Below the pieces are notes generated by a model. The model worked only from the letters and a program-made list of their open reading frames with translations, was not told where the DNA came from and searched no databases. A stretch of DNA of 64,000 bases from Shigella phage Sf18. The position numbers were made by a program, and so were the translations under genes. The DNA lies in sequence record MF158044. One strand, written 5' to 3'. Shown here piece after piece: positions 47,205 to 54,035 of this stretch (its first letter is position 1; each line of letters starts with the position of its first letter).

Positions 47205-47293
47205 ATAAAGTGCTTTACATGGGGTTTAAAAGCTAGTATCTTAAGCCCCCAGATAAAGAGCTTTACCAACAATCCTAAACTGGAGAATCTAAA
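47205..47293 (+). promoter_or_regulatory. type-A cassette copy 1
   Basis: TTTACA-N17-TATCTT promoter-like hexamers embedded in 9-bp hairpin GGGGTTTAA/TTAAGCCCC, then CCCCAGATAAAGAGCTTTACCAACAATCCTAAACTGGAGAATCTAAAATG. Confidence 0.5.
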
Positions 47294-47674
47294 ATGAAAT
47301 ATCGTGCGCCTAAATTTATCAACAAAGAAAACTTTCGTAGTATCTTAGAGGAAACTATGAAAGAAAACTTCAAAGGAAAAATAATTGTTGTTCACGCTTA
47401 CAATTTTAAGTATGATGTTAATGGTAACCGTATTAACCACTACAAAGCTACTATGCTTGACGGTACATTATCCGGTGAAAAAGCTATCATAAATGCTATT
47501 GCAGGACGTGGTAAAACTGTGATACGCTGTGAAAAAAGACGCTATCAAGGCGGTAAATATGGGTATGAAGATGCAATGTACCATCTTGATAAAATGGGGT
47601 ATGATGTAGAGAAAGCTGGAGTATCTCAAACTATTGGTAGTGACGGCTACGTTACAGTTTTCAAAATTAACTAA
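47294..47674 (+). CDS. small hypothetical protein (array gene)
   Basis: 126 aa; conserved cassette leader and SD. Confidence 0.5.
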   Translation: MKYRAPKFINKENFRSILEETMKENFKGKIIVVHAYNFKYDVNGNRINHYKATMLDGTLSGEKAIINAIAGRGKTVIRCEKRRYQGGKYGYEDAMYHLDKMGYDVEKAGVSQTIGSDGYVTVFKIN

Positions 47675-47765
47675 ATAAAGTCCTTTACATGGGGTTTATA
47701 GTTAGATAAGATAAGCCCCAGATAAAGAGCTTTACCAAACAATAACCTAAACTGGAGTATCAAAA
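47675..47765 (+). promoter_or_regulatory. type-A cassette copy 2
   Basis: TTTACA-N17-TAAGAT with hairpin GGGGTTTAT/ATAAGCCCC; leader variant CCTAAACTGGAGTATCAAAAATG. Confidence 0.5.
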
Positions 47766-48023
47766 ATGGCTACTATCAAAAACATCATTGTATCTGCAAA
47801 ATCTCGTGATGACGCTCGCGCAACTGCTAAAAAACTAAATGGTAAAGTGGTTGACAACGGAAAAGAATCTGCTGTAAGATGGGGCGTAAAATGTGATAAG
47901 GAAATTACTTTAAAACGTAGTTCCTATGACCTTTTCAAAGGTGTAAAAGCAATCGGTAGAACTAACGTCTACACGAAGAAAGGTTATAAAATGCACTTAT
48001 CATTAACTGACAATTTAATCTGA
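47766..48023 (+). CDS. small hypothetical protein (array gene)
   Basis: 85 aa, basic; cassette leader. Confidence 0.5.
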   Translation: MATIKNIIVSAKSRDDARATAKKLNGKVVDNGKESAVRWGVKCDKEITLKRSSYDLFKGVKAIGRTNVYTKKGYKMHLSLTDNLI

Positions 48024-48114
48024 TAAAGTGCTTTACATGGGGTTTATAGTTAGATAATATAAGCCCCAGATAAAGAGCTTTACTAACCAATAGTCCTAAA
48101 CTGGAGAATCTAAA
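48024..48114 (+). promoter_or_regulatory. type-A cassette copy 3
   Basis: TTTACA-N17-TAATAT with hairpin; conserved leader. Confidence 0.5.
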
Positions 48115-48627
48115 ATGAATTTTGTTGAAGCTACCTTTGAAGTCCAAAAAGAAAAATTCACTATCATCTATGAAGCTGTTAATATTTGTGAAGCATCCCA
48201 TTGTGTGGAGAATTGGAAGTTTACCGATGAGCACAAAGGCGGGGTTACAATCAAACTTAAAAATCCAGAGCGTAACGGGTACAAATATGCAATTCCACAG
48301 CATTACAGCCTTTCACAATTGATGAGTGATTATGCTAAACAAGGCCGCGAAAATCCATCTATAGAGGCTTACAAGAGCTTACAAGATGAATTACAAAGAG
48401 ATTTAGAGGCTAACAGCTACGTGCTATTTGCAAAGGTAGAAGATAAAGAAGGTAATACAGTATTAAATAGCTTTTCTCTTGCTTATGGCTTCGATTGGTG
48501 CTATCTTGACGGGGAAGATTTAGATTCACGATTAGAAGAGGAAGTGTCGAACTCCGATGGAGAATCTGAAGTAATGGAACGTTTAGAAGCCTTGAAAGAT
48601 TCTGTTATGAATATCTTTAATATCTAA
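48115..48627 (+). CDS. hypothetical acidic protein (array gene)
   Basis: 170 aa; cassette leader; acidic C-terminal third. Confidence 0.5.
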   Translation: MNFVEATFEVQKEKFTIIYEAVNICEASHCVENWKFTDEHKGGVTIKLKNPERNGYKYAIPQHYSLSQLMSDYAKQGRENPSIEAYKSLQDELQRDLEANSYVLFAKVEDKEGNTVLNSFSLAYGFDWCYLDGEDLDSRLEEEVSNSDGESEVMERLEALKDSVMNIFNI

Positions 48628-48711
48628 AAGTGCTTTACATGGGGTTATCAAGTTGATAAGATAGCCCCAGATAAAGAGCTTTACAAACAATCCTAAACTG
48701 GAGAATCTAAA
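48628..48711 (+). promoter_or_regulatory. type-A cassette copy 4
   Basis: Hairpin variant GGGGTTATC/GATAGCCCC (compensatory change keeps pairing); TTTACA-N17-TAAGAT. Confidence 0.5.
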
Positions 48712-49008
48712 ATGTTTATTGCCGCAAACGTTAGAACTAAATTAAGCCAGCTATTAAGTAATATCCAATTCATTGAATCTATGCGCCGTACATCTGAAGC
48801 CGTAGAGTGGTATCATGGAAAGATTAACAAAAAGGAAGTAATAATTTGTGTATGGAACTTTTGTAAAGAATACAAAAAACCATTGCTTCAGGTTGATATC
48901 TATGATAACACTAATAAGTCATCGATTAAGACCACTAGAGATATGGTTGATTCATATGAAATTAGTCACACTGGTAAACTATTCCACAAAGGTAAAAACA
49001 AATGTTAA
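48712..49008 (+). CDS. small hypothetical protein (array gene)
   Basis: 98 aa; cassette leader; stop overlaps next start (ATGTTAA). Confidence 0.5.
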   Translation: MFIAANVRTKLSQLLSNIQFIESMRRTSEAVEWYHGKINKKEVIICVWNFCKEYKKPLLQVDIYDNTNKSSIKTTRDMVDSYEISHTGKLFHKGKNKC

Positions 49009-49349
49009 TCACATACGTTGCAATTTTTATCTCTATTGTGGCGCTCTATAAAGCCTTACAAGCGCACAGTATAGCTAATAAGGCACTTACAAGGGATTTA
49101 AAAATAAACCTTGTACGGGGCTTTCTAGAGCGTTTAAGCTTAGAACAATTGAAACGCTTAGAGATGAGCTTTCGATTCAAAGCAGAAACATACCGGATTG
49201 ATAACATCCTAGACGGGGATTTTAAATTAATCAGTGATTATGACATACTTCTTGAGTCAATTCAAGATATAAACCTGAAAGATTATTATATCGTGATAGC
49301 GCAAGAAATTAATAAAAAAGAGCTTGCAATGCAGAATCAAAACAAGTAA
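49002..49349 (+). CDS. small membrane protein (array gene)
   Basis: 115 aa; N-terminal TM (ITYVAIFISIVALY); last 11 codons (KKELAMQNQNK) lie inside a type-B promoter and are shared with ORF 52598-52738. Confidence 0.45.
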   Translation: MLITYVAIFISIVALYKALQAHSIANKALTRDLKINLVRGFLERLSLEQLKRLEMSFRFKAETYRIDNILDGDFKLISDYDILLESIQDINLKDYYIVIAQEINKKELAMQNQNK

Positions 49350-49352
49350 AGT
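49324..49352 (+). promoter_or_regulatory. type-B promoter overlapping gene 3' end
   Basis: TTGCAA-N17-TAAAGT; the TAA of the -10 hexamer is the stop codon of ORF 49002-49349. Confidence 0.45.
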
Positions 49353-49629
49353 ATTCATCAACGGTACTAATGACGGTCGAACTTTGAACGTAACTTTAAA
49401 ACACTATATAGACGGTGTATTAAACTTTGAAGAGTTAAGAGCAGAACAGCACCTATTAGATTGGCAAGTAGCAGGTTTACAAAAAACCGCCACAGGATAT
49501 GGAAAGAAAATTCCTACATCTTGGAAAGTTCGATACCTTGGAAAGTTACGCAGAATTTATCAAGATGTTTACAGTAATAGCGGCGTAAGTTACATTATTG
49601 TTAGTGGTAAAAAATTGTATTTAGTCTAA
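49324..49629 (+). pseudogene. ORF without canonical start or leader (possible 5'-truncated gene)
   Basis: 101-aa frame open only from TTG at 49324; no in-frame ATG and no CTAAACTGGAG leader; begins inside the type-B promoter; ends at a normal type-A cassette. Confidence 0.25.
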
Positions 49630-49718
49630 TAAATTGCTTTACATGGGGTTATCAAGTTGCTAAGATAGCCCCAGATAAAGAGATTTATCTAAAACTAACC
49701 TAAACTGGAGACTAGAAA
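49630..49718 (+). promoter_or_regulatory. type-A cassette copy 5
   Basis: Hairpin variant GGGGTTATC/GATAGCCCC; leader variant ACCTAAACTGGAGACTAGAAAATG. Confidence 0.5.
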
Positions 49719-50126
49719 ATGACTAATGTTAATCACAAAGAAGTTGCAATTTTGAAAGCACGTTTGACCATTAACCGCATCAACATTGTAACATCAGCAG
49801 CACCAGACGAAACACTACATAATATCATCGGTAAAATTCAGGGCGCAGTAGTAGACACAAAACAGCTTAAAGAATCCTTGCAAGATGTAGCAGCAGGAGC
49901 TATAATTGACGGTGCTCAATATGAGATGAAGGAAATGCTGTCAAAGTCAAAAGTAATGAATAAAGAACTTGACTTGAAAATGTTTAGATTTGCTGTTAAA
50001 GTGTGGCTATGTGTTGATTTTGATGCAAACTTTGCAATTGCTGATTTCTTTGCAACATGGTTACAGCGTAACTTACCGGTTGAAGTTTTCCGTGAAATCT
50101 GCGATGCAATTTATTCAGAAATTTGA
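49719..50126 (+). CDS. hypothetical protein (array gene)
   Basis: 135 aa; cassette leader. Confidence 0.5.
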   Translation: MTNVNHKEVAILKARLTINRINIVTSAAPDETLHNIIGKIQGAVVDTKQLKESLQDVAAGAIIDGAQYEMKEMLSKSKVMNKELDLKMFRFAVKVWLCVDFDANFAIADFFATWLQRNLPVEVFREICDAIYSEI

Positions 50127-50155
50127 TTGACACTGCAAAAGCATAGTAGTAAAGT
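50127..50155 (+). promoter_or_regulatory. type-B early promoter
   Basis: TTGACA-N17-TAAAGT starting on the base after the upstream stop codon; followed by conserved leader. Confidence 0.5.
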
Positions 50156-50198
50156 ACTCATCAGACAACGAAACAACCCTAAACTGGAGATTCAAAAG

Positions 50199-50447
50199 AT
50201 GAAAACAAAAACACAACTCAAAAGTATGATGAAAAATGGTTTTCTCGATGATGTATACAAAGAATGTAGACGGTATGGGGAAATAAAAAGTAATTTCGAT
50301 TTTGAGTACACGTATACAGTGAATTTCAAAACTAACGAACGAAAAACAGACCTTGTAACTGAGATTCAAATAGAATACAAAGATTTATTATGGACTTTTG
50401 AACTTGTAAAAGGTTTATGCACATCGGCAGGTTATAAAAACATCTAA
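50199..50447 (+). CDS. small hypothetical protein (array gene)
   Basis: Start at internal Met (MKTKTQLK) after CTGGAGATTCAAAAG; the track N-terminal extension would translate the promoter. Confidence 0.45.
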   Translation: MKTKTQLKSMMKNGFLDDVYKECRRYGEIKSNFDFEYTYTVNFKTNERKTDLVTEIQIEYKDLLWTFELVKGLCTSAGYKNI

Positions 50448-50532
50448 AAGTGCTTTACATGGGGTTTATAGTTAGATAAGATAAGCCCCAGATAAAGAGC
50501 TTTACCAACAATCCTAAACTGGAGAATCTAAA
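50448..50532 (+). promoter_or_regulatory. type-A cassette copy 6
   Basis: Consensus copy: TAAAAGTGCTTTACATGGGGTTTATAGTTAGATAAGATAAGCCCCAGATAAAGAGCTTTACCAACAATCCTAAACTGGAGAATCTAAAATG. Confidence 0.5.
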
Positions 50533-51090
50533 ATGAAATGCTTTCATGGTACTACACAAGAAAACTTTGTAAACCTTATCAATGGCGGTGATAAACCATC
50601 AGGAGCTTGGAATTGCTCTGATATGGATGGATGTTTTTACGTCTACCCTGTTAACAAGTTCTATGATGTAGAGAATCTGGATGACGAACAAATCACAGAT
50701 GAAGGTATTAGAAACGCGCTTGATAGCGCAAGCATTACAGCAGCCTATCAAATGAAGTCACAAAAGCTTGTTATCTTGGAACTGGATATTCCAGAAGATG
50801 ATTTACAAGATGACTGGAGCTGTGAGAACATGAGCGACGTAGCAAGCTTTACAGAATATTTCGATAAAGAATGGATTAAAAAGGTTTACACAACTGAATT
50901 TAATGCTATGTATGCGCCTTTCTTTGTCCCTAACCTAAACAATAGAAATTTAGGATATGTACCAGACGAACTACGCAACATTGCAGAAATAGTCCAACGT
51001 AGTGATGGGATGAGCAATGTATATTGTGATATCTTTGACACCATGCAATGCAACGTAACAGAAACGGTTATAAACGACTTAACAGCATAA
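50533..51090 (+). CDS. hypothetical protein with ADP-ribosyltransferase-like N-terminal motif (tentative)
   Basis: 185 aa; N-terminal CFHGTTQENFVNLI resembles the HG[ST]...N..I signature of H-Y-E class ART folds (PARP/Tpt1-like), followed by Tyr cluster FYVYPVNKFY; cassette leader. Confidence 0.3.
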   Translation: MKCFHGTTQENFVNLINGGDKPSGAWNCSDMDGCFYVYPVNKFYDVENLDDEQITDEGIRNALDSASITAAYQMKSQKLVILELDIPEDDLQDDWSCENMSDVASFTEYFDKEWIKKVYTTEFNAMYAPFFVPNLNNRNLGYVPDELRNIAEIVQRSDGMSNVYCDIFDTMQCNVTETVINDLTA

Positions 51091-51153
51091 ACCATAGAAT
51101 CACACCAGTTCACTAGAAAAGCCCCGCACAGGGGCTTACAAGAGGCTTAAAAC

Positions 51154-51384
51154 ATGCTTACTACAATCTATCTTATTCTATCTATCTGCAATGGTTCACA
51201 GTGTGACTTTAAAGGTTTAGAAGAGTTTACAGGTAGCGAAAATAATGCTATTGTTGCCTGTCAGATAGCAAGGCAAGACTACCCAACATCGGATGATATC
51301 CAATGTTACTATAAGTCAGAAGATGATGAAGGTATTTACTTTGATAGTGTGAATGGTGAATATGAGATTCTTATAGAAAAGTAG
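51154..51384 (+). CDS. small hypothetical protein (array gene)
   Basis: 76 aa; SD CAAGAGG; preceded by GCCCC-GCACA-GGGGC hairpin. Confidence 0.4.
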   Translation: MLTTIYLILSICNGSQCDFKGLEEFTGSENNAIVACQIARQDYPTSDDIQCYYKSEDDEGIYFDSVNGEYEILIEK

Positions 51385-51413
51385 TTGACACTGAAAACGC
51401 AAGAAAGTAAAGT
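51385..51413 (+). promoter_or_regulatory. type-B early promoter
   Basis: TTGACA-N17-TAAAGT immediately after upstream stop; then ATTCATCAACGGGAAACATCCC and leader. Confidence 0.5.
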
Positions 51414-51462
51414 ATTCATCAACGGGAAACATCCCAACAATCCTAAACTGGAGATTCAAAAA

Positions 51463-51684
51463 ATGTTGCAAGTTCTTAACGTAAAAACCATTGATTTTAA
51501 ATTCTCAAATGTTCGTCGTACCTATTTACAGCCGTTTAGTAAACCTGTTAGGATTCCCAACGATGACGCTAAAAAGTTGATTGATGAAATTCTAGCTAAT
51601 GGCGGTTATCTGGCTAGTCATAAGCAGTATAATGATGAGGATGGAAGCCTGATAAATGAGTTTACATATTATTACTACAAATAA
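51463..51684 (+). CDS. small hypothetical protein (array gene)
   Basis: Start at internal Met (MLQVLNVK) after CTGGAGATTCAAAAA. Confidence 0.45.
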   Translation: MLQVLNVKTIDFKFSNVRRTYLQPFSKPVRIPNDDAKKLIDEILANGGYLASHKQYNDEDGSLINEFTYYYYK

Positions 51685-51775
51685 CTAATAAAGTGCTTTA
51701 CATGGGGTTTATAGTTAGCTAAGATAAGCCCCAGATAAAGAGCTTTACCAACAATCCTAAACTGGAGAATCTAGA
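51685..51775 (+). promoter_or_regulatory. type-A cassette copy 7
   Basis: TTTACA-N17-TAAGAT with hairpin; leader CTGGAGAATCTAGAATG. Confidence 0.5.
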
Positions 51776-51973
51776 ATGTTATCACTGATGCAAAAACTTT
51801 CTACCTTGTGGTGTTTAAAAGGTGTAGAGTGTAACCTTAACATGGAAGGTTCAAAGATAGACCTAAAAATAGTATACAATGGAGAAATACTATTCTCACA
51901 GAATAGCAGTCATCCACACTTCAAAGATAATGCAATTATGGCCGTGAATAATCTGATGGATAGAATTTATTAA
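51776..51973 (+). CDS. small hypothetical protein (array gene)
   Basis: 65 aa; cassette leader. Confidence 0.45.
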   Translation: MLSLMQKLSTLWCLKGVECNLNMEGSKIDLKIVYNGEILFSQNSSHPHFKDNAIMAVNNLMDRIY

Positions 51974-52058
51974 AGTGCTTTACATGGGGTTTAAAAGCTA
52001 GTATCTTAAGCCCCAGAGAAAGAGCTTTACCAACAATCCTAAACTGGAGAATCTGAAA
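51974..52058 (+). promoter_or_regulatory. type-A cassette copy 8
   Basis: Hairpin variant GGGGTTTAA/TTAAGCCCC; -10-like TATCTT. Confidence 0.5.
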
Positions 52059-52400
52059 ATGGCCTATGTAACAATTATCACCGATAAAGAAAATTCGTCA
52101 TGGTCTACCCAAGTTAACGACAAAATGAAACCTATGCAGTGTCTCAAGTACTTTGAGCAATGGAACAGGGGAGAAGATGTAAGCCCCTTTCAAGTGATGC
52201 AGATTGTACATGTTGACAATGAAGGGAATAAAACTACCCTTAACACTGAATACTATGCTACACGTTTCGAAACTCGCAAATCAGCTATGCAGGAGTTAAG
52301 AGAAAAGGGATATAGTCACATTGCCGCGCTCATTTGGTCTGATTTGCTTAAAAAACAGTCATTAACCTATGTTAAGCCAGAAAAAATCTTTATAAGCTAA
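52059..52400 (+). CDS. hypothetical protein (array gene)
   Basis: 113 aa; cassette leader. Confidence 0.5.
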   Translation: MAYVTIITDKENSSWSTQVNDKMKPMQCLKYFEQWNRGEDVSPFQVMQIVHVDNEGNKTTLNTEYYATRFETRKSAMQELREKGYSHIAALIWSDLLKKQSLTYVKPEKIFIS

Positions 52401-52597
52401 TCAACAACTTATAAAAAATCTTTTGAAAAACTATTGACAATGCCCCTTGACAAGTGTAACTTTGTTCGAGGGGGTTTATCTAAAAGGGGTTAACTTAATA
52501 GATTCTTTATAGATAAGCGTAAAAAGTACTTGCAAAGGTCTAATCATATCTATATAGTATCTTCAAAAGGCAACTTCCTAAACTGGAGAATCACTAA
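52401..52597 (+). promoter_or_regulatory. intergenic control region with stacked promoter-like boxes
   Basis: TTGACAATGCCCCTTGACAAG (two -35-like boxes) and TTGCAA-spacer-TATATAGTA, then leader CCTAAACTGGAGAATCACTAAATG. Confidence 0.35.
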
Positions 52598-52738
52598 ATG
52601 TTAGATATCATTAAAAACCCTATCCTTTGCGGTATGATTGTTTCTGTTGTGTTGCCATTAGCAATGCTCATCATTGGTGAAATCTCAGATAAACTTTTTG
52701 ATAAAAAACTACTTGCAATGCAGAATCAAAACAAGTAA
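52598..52738 (+). CDS. small membrane protein (below track cut-off)
   Basis: 46-aa ORF found by eye; TM core (ILCGMIVSVVLPLAMLIIG); conserved leader; C-terminal KKLLAMQNQNK encoded by the type-B promoter sequence. Confidence 0.4.
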   Translation: MLDIIKNPILCGMIVSVVLPLAMLIIGEISDKLFDKKLLAMQNQNK

Positions 52739-52741
52739 AGT
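52713..52741 (+). promoter_or_regulatory. type-B promoter overlapping gene 3' end
   Basis: TTGCAA-N17-TAAAGT; identical over about 45 nt to 49324-49362; followed by hairpin GGGGAGG-GAGA-CCTCCCC and leader. Confidence 0.45.
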
Positions 52742-52802
52742 ATTCATCAACGGGGAGGGAGACCTCCCCACTAAACAAAATTCCTAAACTGGAGAATCTA
52801 GA

Positions 52803-53330
52803 ATGAATAAGTTTAATGCTGTTAATGCAATCCGTAGCCGTGAAGTGATGAGCAAGCCTTGTAAAGATACTTGGGAATTTACCTTAAAGAGCAAAGTTTT
52901 TGCAGTTATCACAAAAGGGGAAGATAAGCAGTTTTATGTACACCGACCAAATGTAAAAGCGGTAACAGCCAACAACTTTATGGGGGCTATTTCTCTTATT
53001 CTGAATGATTATATGGCTATAGTCGCAGAAATTCACGAAATGGCTATTAAGGCAACTAAAAACGAGTTAAACCGCTTTAAAATGGCTTATGAGCGCTCTA
53101 TTAAGTCCCATAATCTTTTTATTGCAATCCACTATACAGGCATGTATGCTATGGGAACGGGTAACCAACAATACCCACTCTATGAAGTGGAAAACATCTT
53201 TACAAGTGACTACCCAACAACTAATTTTAAAATTACGTTAGGGGAAGCATTAAATAGGGGAATTAGGCTTTACGAACAATCTTTAAAAAACTTAGAAAAT
53301 TCCCTTGACGAAATCATCACAAATCTATAA
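52803..53330 (+). CDS. hypothetical protein (array gene)
   Basis: 175 aa; cassette leader. Confidence 0.5.
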   Translation: MNKFNAVNAIRSREVMSKPCKDTWEFTLKSKVFAVITKGEDKQFYVHRPNVKAVTANNFMGAISLILNDYMAIVAEIHEMAIKATKNELNRFKMAYERSIKSHNLFIAIHYTGMYAMGTGNQQYPLYEVENIFTSDYPTTNFKITLGEALNRGIRLYEQSLKNLENSLDEIITNL

Positions 53331-53333
53331 AGT
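53305..53333 (+). promoter_or_regulatory. type-B early promoter
   Basis: TTGACG-N17-TAAAGT, with TAA as the upstream gene's stop; then CTTATCAACGGGGAGGGAATGACCTTCCCC hairpin and leader. Confidence 0.45.
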
Positions 53334-53390
53334 ACTTATCAACGGGGAGGGAATGACCTTCCCCAACAATCCTAAACTGGAGACTAGAAA

Positions 53391-53654
53391 ATGAATAATC
53401 AAGAAATCACTATCCTGTTACAAATCGGTACTGACAAAGAAGATATCCAACTTTGCAAACGTATTGAAAGTGATTGGTTCAACGGTGAAATCATCGCAGA
53501 ATCTTATGAAGTAGTCGGATTCATGAATGGTGAAATTGTAAGCCATTTCGGTTTAACTAAATCTGAAGCCGTTGCAAAGTATGACGTTTTATCTTGTGAG
53601 ATTCTTACAAAATACAATGAAAAAAGACTTGCAACTTATGCAGCAATGAATTAA
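53391..53654 (+). CDS. small hypothetical protein (array gene)
   Basis: 87 aa; leader CCTAAACTGGAGACTAGAAAATG. Confidence 0.5.
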   Translation: MNNQEITILLQIGTDKEDIQLCKRIESDWFNGEIIAESYEVVGFMNGEIVSHFGLTKSEAVAKYDVLSCEILTKYNEKRLATYAAMN

Positions 53655-53657
53655 TAT
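53629..53657 (+). promoter_or_regulatory. type-B early promoter
   Basis: TTGCAA-N17-TAATAT, with TAA as the upstream stop; then TTTCAACGGGGAGGGAGACTTCCCC hairpin and leader. Confidence 0.45.
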
Positions 53658-53719
53658 TACTTTCAACGGGGAGGGAGACTTCCCCACTAACCTAAATTCC
53701 TAAACTGGAGAATCTGAAA

Positions 53720-53971
53720 ATGGCTACTATCCACGCAACTGTTAACAATTTTGGCTTCCATGTATTAGATGTTAAATTTGATATGGTTGGAACTGGCGAT
53801 GTTTTTGGCATGGTTGATATGTGTCTAAAAGCAACTATTCAGGACTACAATCAATCTGAGTGGTTCTGGAAAGAAGTAAAACAAGAAGTCTTAAAGGATG
53901 GCAAATCCTCTTACTATTGGGGTGATTCTCTTATCACGCTTTACTATGAAGTTGACGGCTTCAATAACTAA
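53720..53971 (+). CDS. small hypothetical protein (last array gene)
   Basis: 83 aa; cassette leader. Confidence 0.5.
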   Translation: MATIHATVNNFGFHVLDVKFDMVGTGDVFGMVDMCLKATIQDYNQSEWFWKEVKQEVLKDGKSSYYWGDSLITLYYEVDGFNN

Positions 53972-54012
53972 CAAGTCGCCGCAACGGGGCAAATAGCCCC
54001 AGACACCTTTAC

Positions 54013-54035
54013 AGCCCCTTAGATGGGGCTTTTTT
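54013..54035 (+). terminator. intrinsic terminator closing the rightward unit
   Basis: AGCCCC-TTAGAT-GGGGCT hairpin followed by TTTTT; a second hairpin CGGGGC-AAATA-GCCCC sits just upstream. Confidence 0.55.

Noticed and set aside
50127-50198. N-terminal extensions of track ORFs 50127-50447 and 51385-51684 (and 45472-46323, 42237-42809, 29744-31978, 18171-18941)
   Set aside because: The longest-ORF starts would translate promoter, hairpin or terminator sequence and lack a ribosome-binding site; an internal Met with a consensus SD was preferred in each case.
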